Shown: one piece after another, positions 57,173 to 64,000 of the stretch | How positions within the stretch are numbered: position 1 is the first letter of the stretch | How the letters are laid out: each line of letters begins with the position of its first letter | DNA from: Desulfobacterales bacterium | GTDB taxonomy: Bacteria; Desulfobacterota; Desulfobacteria; Desulfobacterales; UBA5852 | Assembly: GCA_963674755.2 (NCBI GenBank) | Contig: CAXXVS010000001.1 | Location: forward strand, 1,088,001 to 1,152,000 | Direction of reading: 5' to 3' | DNA: 64,000 nucleotides | Position numbers and translations under genes: made by a program | The notes under the pieces: model-generated | Seen by the model: the letters and a program-made list of their open reading frames with translations, nothing else | Told to the model about the DNA's origin: nothing | Databases searched by the model: none

Positions 57173-57817
57173 ATGAAACGGTACTACCTGTCGATACTCG
57201 TTATGCTGTTGCTGTTGCCATTAACAGGCCGCACAGCGGTGGCCGGTGAACCCATTGACGTGCTCAAAGCGCCCATGGCCGAGGCGTTGGCCGTTCTGCG
57301 GGACCCGCAATACAAGGCGGACGATCCCGCCAAGAAAGCCGAACAGCGTGAAAAATTCTGGGCGATCATCAAGCCGTCTTTCGATTTCGAAGAGCTGTCC
57401 AAGCGCACCCTGGCGCGCAATTGGAAACTGTTCGATGCCGCCCAGCAGGCGGCCTTCACGGACGTATTCTCGGAACTCCTGGGCAATATCTATGTGGATC
57501 GGATCCAGGGGGGCTACAACGATGAAACCATCGAGTTCGGCGATCAGATCAAGCATGAATCGCGTCCCCTGGCCGTGGTCAAGACCTTTATCGTCTCCGC
57601 CCGGAATCGTATCCCGGTGGACTACAGCATGATCGAGAAGGACGGCACCTGGCGGGTCTACGACGTCAAGGTGGAGGGTATCAGCCTGGTCAAGAACTAC
57701 CGCTCCCAGTTCAAGGAAATTTTGTCCAAAGATTCCCCGGATCAGCTGATCGAGATGTTGAAAAAGAAGGTTGCCGAACAAAAAGCCAAACTGGCCCAGG
57801 GGGAGAACGCCGGCTGA
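57173..57817 (+). CDS. mlaC: MlaC/Ttg2D periplasmic lipid-binding protein
   Basis: FDFEELSKR.L..W, WRVYDV.VEGISLV.NYRSQF. Confidence 0.92.
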   Translation: MKRYYLSILVMLLLLPLTGRTAVAGEPIDVLKAPMAEALAVLRDPQYKADDPAKKAEQREKFWAIIKPSFDFEELSKRTLARNWKLFDAAQQAAFTDVFSELLGNIYVDRIQGGYNDETIEFGDQIKHESRPLAVVKTFIVSARNRIPVDYSMIEKDGTWRVYDVKVEGISLVKNYRSQFKEILSKDSPDQLIEMLKKKVAEQKAKLAQGENAG

Positions 57818-57954
57818 TGGGATGGGCCCGGCCGGAAGTGACCGTACCGCATTCTGCACGGTCTTAGCGGAAGCAGCGCCGAACATATTGCCTAACGTGG
57901 CGGCGGACCGGGGAACCCTCCTTCGGTCCGCCGCTTATGATTTGTAGGGGCGGG

Positions 57955-58875
57955 TTACTTTTCGGCCGGCGGTGGCACTTGCACCTGGCTCATATTTTCG
58001 AGGGCCAGCATCAGGGCCTGGGTGCCGGCCTGGGCGCCGCCGTGGGCGGCGACCGACAGGTAAAGCTGGTGGACAAGGGCCAGTCCGGGCAGACAAAGAT
58101 TCATGCAGCGGGCTTCCTCCAGGGCGATGCCCATGTCCTTGATGAAATGGGCCACATAAAATCCCGGATCGAAATTCCGTTTCAGGATGCGCGGGGCCAG
58201 ATTGGTCAACGACCAGCAGCCGGCGGCTCCCCCGGAGATGCTGGCCAGGACCTGATCGAGATCGAGCCCGGCCCGAAAGCCGTACAGCAGCGACTCGCAC
58301 ATGCCGATCATGGTACCCGCAATAACGATCTGGTTGCACATTTTGGTATGCTGGCCGGCCCCCGCCGGTCCCTGGTGGATGATCTGGCGGCCCATGACGT
58401 CCAGCAGCGGCCGGACGGTCGCAACGGTTTCCGGATCGCCGCCCACCATGATGGACAGCTGGGCGTTGCGCGCCCCCACATCACCGCCGGATACCGGGGC
58501 ATCCACCGTGCGGACGCCCAAGGGCTCGGCAGCCGTGTAGATTTCCTTGGCCAGGCTCGGCTCGGTGGTGGTCATGTCCACCGCAATCAGCCCCTGGCGG
58601 GCGCCCGCCAGGACGCCCTGGTCTCCCAGGTAGACAGCACGAACGTCCTGGGGGAACCCCACCATGGTGAAAACGATATCGGCCTGGCCGGCCACGGCCG
58701 CCGGCGACGCTGCCCAGGAAGCGCCCGCGGCGAGCAATGGCTCGGCCTTTGATCGACTGCGGTTATGGACAATGGTCGGATAGCCGCGTTGCATGAGATG
58801 CTGGCACATCCAGCGCCCCATCACACCGGTACCGATCCATCCGATCACTTGTTGACGCTCCGGTGCTGTGGTCAT
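57955..58875 (-). CDS. NAD(P)-dependent beta-hydroxyacid dehydrogenase (GarR/MmsB family)
   Basis: IGTGVMG, DAPVSGGD.GA, GQHTKMCNQ, FIKDM. Confidence 0.9.
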   Translation of the reverse strand: MTTAPERQQVIGWIGTGVMGRWMCQHLMQRGYPTIVHNRSRSKAEPLLAAGASWAASPAAVAGQADIVFTMVGFPQDVRAVYLGDQGVLAGARQGLIAVDMTTTEPSLAKEIYTAAEPLGVRTVDAPVSGGDVGARNAQLSIMVGGDPETVATVRPLLDVMGRQIIHQGPAGAGQHTKMCNQIVIAGTMIGMCESLLYGFRAGLDLDQVLASISGGAAGCWSLTNLAPRILKRNFDPGFYVAHFIKDMGIALEEARCMNLCLPGLALVHQLYLSVAAHGGAQAGTQALMLALENMSQVQVPPPAEK

Positions 58876-59102
58876 GCGGGACCTCCTTTCAGGCACGGAT
58901 TGGGATCATTGACGGCGACAGCATACGCGCCCCCGGGACGCTTGGCAATAGGGAAGCAGGGCGGGTGAAAAGCAAACCGCGCAACGCTCTGAAAGCAGGA
59001 AAAAACCTGTTGAAACCCCCGCCATTTTTCTTTAAGATGGCGTGCGTTTGCCAACTCATTGGAACTAATTGAAATAGTTAAAAATTTATTGGGAGGCCAC
59101 GA

Positions 59103-60698
59103 ATGAAGGTGCTGGTCAGCGACAACCTCGGGGAAGTCGGCATACGCATGCTGGAGGCGGAGCAGGGAATCGATGTAGATGTCAAGACGGGATTGAGCCC
59201 CGAGGCCCTGAAGGAGATCATCGGCGACTACCATGCCCTGATCATCCGCAGCGCCACCAAAGTGACCGAAGACCTGCTGGCCGCCGCGCGCCGGCTCAAG
59301 GTGGTGGGGCGGGCCGGGATCGGTCTGGACAACGTCGACATCCCGGCCGCCACCAAGCGGGGGGTGGTGGTCATGAACACCCCCGACGGCAACGTCATTA
59401 CCACGGCCGAGCATGCCATCGCCATGATGATGGCCCTGGCGCGCAACGTCCCCCAGGGAACCGCTTCCCTGCGGGCCGGACGCTGGGACAAGAAAATGCT
59501 CCAGGGGCGGGAAATTTGCGGGAAGACCCTGGGGGTTGTCGGTTTCGGCAAAATCGGCTCGATCGTGGCCGATCGCGCCCGCGGGCTGCGGTTCAAGGTG
59601 ATCGTCTACGACCCCCATGTCAATCCGGAGCGCATCGCAAAGGCCGGCTATGAAACGGTCTCCCTCGATGAGCTCTACCAGCGCTCCGATTTTATTACGG
59701 TGCATGTGCCCAAACTGAAGGATACCCTCGGCATGATCGACAAGGCGGCCTTCGATCGCATGAAGGAGGGTGTTATGCTGGTCAACTGCGCCCGGGGAGG
59801 GATCGTCAACGAGGCGGACCTCTACGATGCCATGGTGGCCGGGAGGGTGGCGGGGGCGGCCCTGGATGTCTTCGAAGTGGAACCGCCCGAGGAATCCCCC
59901 CTGCTGACCCTTGACCGCGTGATCTGCACGCCGCATCTGGGGGCCTCCACGCGCGAGGCCCAAACCAATGTCGCCGTGGCTGTGGCCAAGCAGATTGTGG
60001 ACTATTTGAAGTCCGGCACCGTGGTCAATGCCGTGAATGTGCCCTCCGTCACCGGTGAACTGCTGGAGCGATTGCGTCCCTTCCTGGAACTGGGGGATCG
60101 CATCGGCTGCCTCATGCCCCAGCTGATCAAGGGGGCCCTCAAGGAGGTGGCGGTCGAATACACCGGGAATTTTCAGGGGCTTGACATGTCGCCGGTGACC
60201 ACGGCCATTCTCAAGGGGCTTTTGACGCCGACGGTCAAGGATGACGTTAACTCCGTTAATGCACCGGTCCTGGCCAAAGAGCGCGGCATCAAGGTCAGCG
60301 AAACCGCCAGCGCCGAGTCGGACGAGTTTCTCAATCTGGTAACGGTGCGCGCCCTGACCACGGAAATGGCCTGCACCCTGGCGGGCACCATTTACGGCAA
60401 AAAGGACTCCCGCATTGTCCGGATCAACAATTTCCGGCTGGAAATGATACCACTGGGCCATATGGCGCTTATCAACAATCTCGACAAACCTGGTGCCATC
60501 GGCAGTATCGGCACCACGCTTGGCAACCATGACATCAATATCGCGCGCATGCAGGTGGGGCAGGAGGAAGAGGGGAATCACAACATCATCTTCCTGAACA
60601 CGGATACCCGGATTCCCGAGGCCGTGCTGGCGGAATTGCGGGCCCTGCCGATGGTGAAGTCCGTCACGCCTCTGGAGTTTACCGAATGCCGGGGATGA
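59103..60698 (+). CDS. serA: D-3-phosphoglycerate dehydrogenase (ASB+ACT type)
   Basis: RAGIGLDNVD, GFGKIG, NCARGG, TPHLGAST, C-terminal ACT (DKPG.IG). Confidence 0.95.
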   Translation: MKVLVSDNLGEVGIRMLEAEQGIDVDVKTGLSPEALKEIIGDYHALIIRSATKVTEDLLAAARRLKVVGRAGIGLDNVDIPAATKRGVVVMNTPDGNVITTAEHAIAMMMALARNVPQGTASLRAGRWDKKMLQGREICGKTLGVVGFGKIGSIVADRARGLRFKVIVYDPHVNPERIAKAGYETVSLDELYQRSDFITVHVPKLKDTLGMIDKAAFDRMKEGVMLVNCARGGIVNEADLYDAMVAGRVAGAALDVFEVEPPEESPLLTLDRVICTPHLGASTREAQTNVAVAVAKQIVDYLKSGTVVNAVNVPSVTGELLERLRPFLELGDRIGCLMPQLIKGALKEVAVEYTGNFQGLDMSPVTTAILKGLLTPTVKDDVNSVNAPVLAKERGIKVSETASAESDEFLNLVTVRALTTEMACTLAGTIYGKKDSRIVRINNFRLEMIPLGHMALINNLDKPGAIGSIGTTLGNHDINIARMQVGQEEEGNHNIIFLNTDTRIPEAVLAELRALPMVKSVTPLEFTECRG

Positions 60699-60796
60699 GC
60701 GTGCGGCGTTATTCCGCCTGACCGGAGGCCTGGCAATGGGGACCGCGAGGCGGTACCGGAGGGCGGACAACCGAACAACAACAGGGAGAAACCAAC

Positions 60797-61168
60797 ATGA
60801 CGGAAGACCCCAAGGATTTTGTTCTCAAGGATTCGCCTCCTGAATCCGATGGTGCCAAAGCCTCCGATTCGGAGGCTGCCCGCGCCAAAAACGCCTATCA
60901 GAGGGAGGTCGAAGGCGCCCGCCTGCCTAAAATCGACTTTGCCACCTTTGTCATCTCACTGAATTCTTCCGCGTTGGTCCAACTGGGGATTCTGGACGAT
61001 CCGACGAGCGGCCAAAAAAGCAAGGACCTCTCTCTGGCCAAACAGACCATCGATATTCTGGGCATGCTGGAGGAAAAAACCAAAGGCAATCTGAGTGCCG
61101 ACGAGGGCCATATGCTCAAGAGCATCCTCTATGATCTGCGCATCCTTTATGTAAAAGAGAAAAGCTGA
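60797..61168 (+). CDS. DUF1844 domain protein
   Basis: IDFATFVISL, AKQTIDIL.ML.EKTKGNL..DE. Confidence 0.85.
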   Translation: MTEDPKDFVLKDSPPESDGAKASDSEAARAKNAYQREVEGARLPKIDFATFVISLNSSALVQLGILDDPTSGQKSKDLSLAKQTIDILGMLEEKTKGNLSADEGHMLKSILYDLRILYVKEKS

Positions 61169-61261
61169 CCGGCGGATAGAGGCCCAAGAGAGGGGGCGCG
61201 GCCCATCGACCGTATATTCCGGATCGGCCGCGTCGGCCGTTCTTTCCCCCTGGGGAGTTGC

Positions 61262-62140
61262 ATGGCTGTGACTGAATCGACCCGGGAATTGTTGTCGCCG
61301 GCCAAGATCAACCTTTTCCTGTCGATTACCGGCCGGCGTCCGGACGGTTATCATGAGTTGACCACCCTCATGGCCGGCATCGATTTGTATGATCGCATCA
61401 CCCTGGACTATTTCGGCCGGGGTATCCGACTGCAATGCGATGCCCCCGATATCCCCCGGGATGAGACCAACCTGGCCTTCCGGGCCGCCCGTTTGTTTGA
61501 GACGACCTATCGCCGGCACCACCACCACGCCCCCTTCAGCGGGCTGGCCATCGGACTTCATAAGCGGATACCGGCCGGCGCCGGTTTGGGCGGCGGCTCC
61601 AGTAATGCCGCCACCGTTCTCAAGGCCCTCAACGCTCAGGTGCCGGACCCGTTGCCCCATGCCGCTCTGGCCGCCCTGGCATTGCAGCTCGGGGCGGATG
61701 TGCCGTTCTTCCTGATCGGCCGCCCGGCGTTGGCCACCGGCATCGGGGAACAGTTGACGCCCTGGACCGATTTGCGGCCCTATGCCCTTCTGGTGGTGTT
61801 CCCGGGATACGCCCTGGCCACCAGGGAGGTCTATGGGGCCCTGAATTTGCGATTGACAAAATGTGAAAAAAAACTTAAAGGCTTCCTTTTAAAACGAGGC
61901 ATTTTCGACGCGGCCGATCACCTCTGCAATGACTTGGAACCGGCTGCTATGCAGCGTTGCCCGGACATCGCCGTGATCAAAAATGAATTTGTTCGGTTAG
62001 GGGCGCGGGGCGCCCTCATGTCCGGGAGCGGATCTTCCGTATTTGGCGTGTTTGGTTCCGCCGTCGAGGCCCGGAACGCCAGGCAGCACATGCGGACACG
62101 TTCTGCCTGGCAGGTTTTTCAGGCCAACGTGATTGTCTAA
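61262..62140 (+). CDS. ispE: 4-diphosphocytidyl-2-C-methyl-D-erythritol kinase
   Basis: PAKINL.L, DGYHEL, PAGAGLGGGSSNAA, GADVPF, MSGSGS. Confidence 0.95.
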   Translation: MAVTESTRELLSPAKINLFLSITGRRPDGYHELTTLMAGIDLYDRITLDYFGRGIRLQCDAPDIPRDETNLAFRAARLFETTYRRHHHHAPFSGLAIGLHKRIPAGAGLGGGSSNAATVLKALNAQVPDPLPHAALAALALQLGADVPFFLIGRPALATGIGEQLTPWTDLRPYALLVVFPGYALATREVYGALNLRLTKCEKKLKGFLLKRGIFDAADHLCNDLEPAAMQRCPDIAVIKNEFVRLGARGALMSGSGSSVFGVFGSAVEARNARQHMRTRSAWQVFQANVIV

Positions 62141-62183
62141 AAAGCGCGGGAAGATTCGTTGGCGGATTTTTTTTGGGACTGTT

Positions 62184-62258
62184 TGGGGCGTCGTCAAGTG
62201 GCAAGACACAGGGTTTTGGTCCCTGCATTCGGAGGTTCGAATCCTCCCGCCCCAGCCA
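62184..62258 (+). tRNA. tRNA-Gln (anticodon TTG)
   Basis: TGGGGCG acceptor stem, anticodon loop TTTTGGT, GTTCGAATC T-loop, encoded CCA; typical ispE-tRNAGln-prs synteny. Confidence 0.96.
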
Positions 62259-62296
62259 ATTTTTTCTAAACTTCTTCCGGCACCGCGGACGCATTG

Positions 62297-63235
62297 ATGA
62301 ATAAACTGGCCATATTCAGCGGTAATTCAAACCCCCGGTTGACGCAAAAAATCTGTGAATATCTCAATATGCCCTTGGGGGGGGCCAAGGTAAAAACCTT
62401 CAGCGACGGTGAAATCCAGATCGAAATCGATGAAAACGTGCGCTCCAAGGATGTTTTCATCGTCCAGTCCACCTGCCATCCCGTGAATGACAACTTGGTG
62501 GAACTGCTGCTGATGATCGATGCCTTCAAGCGGTCTTCCAGCCGGCGCATCACCGCGGTGATTCCCTATTACGGATACGCCCGTCAGGACAAGAAGGTGG
62601 CGCCGCGGGTGCCCATCAGCGCCAAGCTGGTGGCCAACATGCTGGAAGTGGCGGGAGCCAATCGTATCATCACGATGGACCTGCATGCCGGGCAAATCCA
62701 GGGCTTTTTCGATGTCCCGGTGGACAACCTTTTTGCCGCGCCGGTTATTCTCGAGTATATCCGCAACAATCTCAGCGGCAATCTGGTGGTGGTATCCCCG
62801 GATACCGGGGGCGTTGTGCGGGCCCGGGCGTTTGCGAAGCGGCTGGATGCCGATCTGGCCATTATCGACAAACGGCGCGATCAACCCAACGTGGCCAAGG
62901 CCATGGCTGTGATCGGGGATGTTCAGGACAAGATCGCCATCATTTTGGATGATATGGCGGATACGGCGGGGACACTGGTGGAAGCCTCCTCGGCCGTCAT
63001 GGCGCGGGGGGCCGCCGAAGTGCATGCCTGTTGCTCCCATGCGGTGCTCTCCGGGCCAGCCATCGAGCGGATTTGCAATTCCCACTTGAAAAGTGTGGTC
63101 GTGACGGATACCATCCCGCTCAGCAAAAACGCCCTGACGTGCGACAAAATCAAAACGCTGAGTATTGCCGAACTGGTCGGGGAGGCGATTATCCGCAGCC
63201 ACCGGGGGGATTCGGTTACATCCCTTTTTGTTTAA
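62297..63235 (+). CDS. prs: ribose-phosphate pyrophosphokinase
   Basis: [39 protein letters not shown]. Confidence 0.96.
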   Translation: MNKLAIFSGNSNPRLTQKICEYLNMPLGGAKVKTFSDGEIQIEIDENVRSKDVFIVQSTCHPVNDNLVELLLMIDAFKRSSSRRITAVIPYYGYARQDKKVAPRVPISAKLVANMLEVAGANRIITMDLHAGQIQGFFDVPVDNLFAAPVILEYIRNNLSGNLVVVSPDTGGVVRARAFAKRLDADLAIIDKRRDQPNVAKAMAVIGDVQDKIAIILDDMADTAGTLVEASSAVMARGAAEVHACCSHAVLSGPAIERICNSHLKSVVVTDTIPLSKNALTCDKIKTLSIAELVGEAIIRSHRGDSVTSLFV

Positions 63236-63352
63236 CGATACGGAAACTATCGCCATTAAGGCGACTTTTTAGATAGCTAACAAGCACTTTCAGGACCGCC
63301 TGGGGAAACGTGTGCCCAGCGGCCGGAAGATACGATCAGGGAGGATAGATTT

Positions 63353-63991
63353 TTGGAGTTTTTCGAACTGGCAACCAAACTGCGAACCACCAGAGGAAAC
63401 AGCCCGGCGCGGGCTTTGCGACGTGACGGCTACTTGCCGGCCGTCATTTACGGACCAGGCAAAGAGACGGTCGCCCTCAGTGTCAGTGTCTATGACATGG
63501 AGCAGGTCATCAAGAAGACCAAAACGCTTCAGGTTTTTGTCAACCTGGCGATTGAAGGCCAAGGCATCCGTACCGCCATGCTCAAAGAACTGCAGCGGCA
63601 CCCGGTCAGCGGCAACTTTATTCATGCCGATTTTTATGAAGTTGCCATGGACCGCAAGATTAACGTCATGATTCCGATCGTGACGGTGGGCCAAAGCAAG
63701 GGTGTTGAATTGGGCGGTATGCTCCAGGTTATCCGGCATGAAGTGGAAGCCTTTTGCATCCCTTCCAATATCCCGGAGGTCATCGAGATCGATATTAGCG
63801 ACCTGGACATCGGGGAATCGGTACATATCGAGGATATCGAACTGGAAGGGGATGTCGAGCTCGTTCATGACGTCAATTTCACTATTTTGACCGTTCTTAG
63901 CGCCCGCCAGGCGGAAGAAGAACCCGAAGAAGTCGAAGAGGCTGAAGGCGAAGCTGAAGAAAGTGCCGAAGAGCCTGCCGCCGAATCATAA
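63353..63991 (+). CDS. rplY: 50S ribosomal protein L25/Ctc
   Basis: LRR.G.LPAVIYG, LQRHPV, HADF, acidic tail; TTG start after GGAGG. Confidence 0.93.
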   Translation: MEFFELATKLRTTRGNSPARALRRDGYLPAVIYGPGKETVALSVSVYDMEQVIKKTKTLQVFVNLAIEGQGIRTAMLKELQRHPVSGNFIHADFYEVAMDRKINVMIPIVTVGQSKGVELGGMLQVIRHEVEAFCIPSNIPEVIEIDISDLDIGESVHIEDIELEGDVELVHDVNFTILTVLSARQAEEEPEEVEEAEGEAEESAEEPAAES

Positions 63992-64000
63992 CGGGTCCCG

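Noticed and set aside
58872..60770. 632-aa minus-strand ORF
   Set aside because: Antisense shadow of serA.
1..64000. CRISPR array, rRNA, transposase, integrase or prophage
   Set aside because: No regularly spaced direct repeats or recognisable such genes were seen; tRNA-Gln has no adjacent integrase.

Overview
GC-rich chromosomal window, roughly 60-65% GC by eye. Gene content and repeat types suggest an anaerobic Desulfobacterota, Desulfobacterales-like (inference). Most of it is housekeeping, metabolic and transport genes: aguB, LpoA-like lipoprotein, pfk, aminotransferase, ClC, truA, argJ, TRAP, UDP-sugar dehydrogenase, plsC, ppdK, cydABX, ECF, ABC-F, mlaEFDC, serA and ispE-tRNA-Gln-prs-rplY. 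The main uncharacterised feature is a 9-gene minus-strand cluster (22980-34649) preceded by a strong Fur-like box. It encodes a MotA/TolQ/ExbB channel, two ExbD-like TM-coiled-coil-vWA proteins, an actin/Hsp70-like-FHA protein, a membrane Ser/Thr kinase-TPR, a PEGA-FGE/SUMF1 protein, a lipoprotein and two small secreted proteins. The ORF track misses several things: a UGA-readthrough dual-CXXC selenoprotein with a SECIS hairpin (12098-12286), a Tyr-rich leader peptide upstream of the TRAP operon (18053-18109), attC-like sites around a HEPN-like gene in a low-GC island with two hicAB modules, and six copies of a palindromic repeat family. A nested micro-hairpin insertion occurs in two different repeat families. 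All family assignments come from motif recognition by eye; no searches were run. Start codons were adjusted to RBS or overlap evidence and are provisional.
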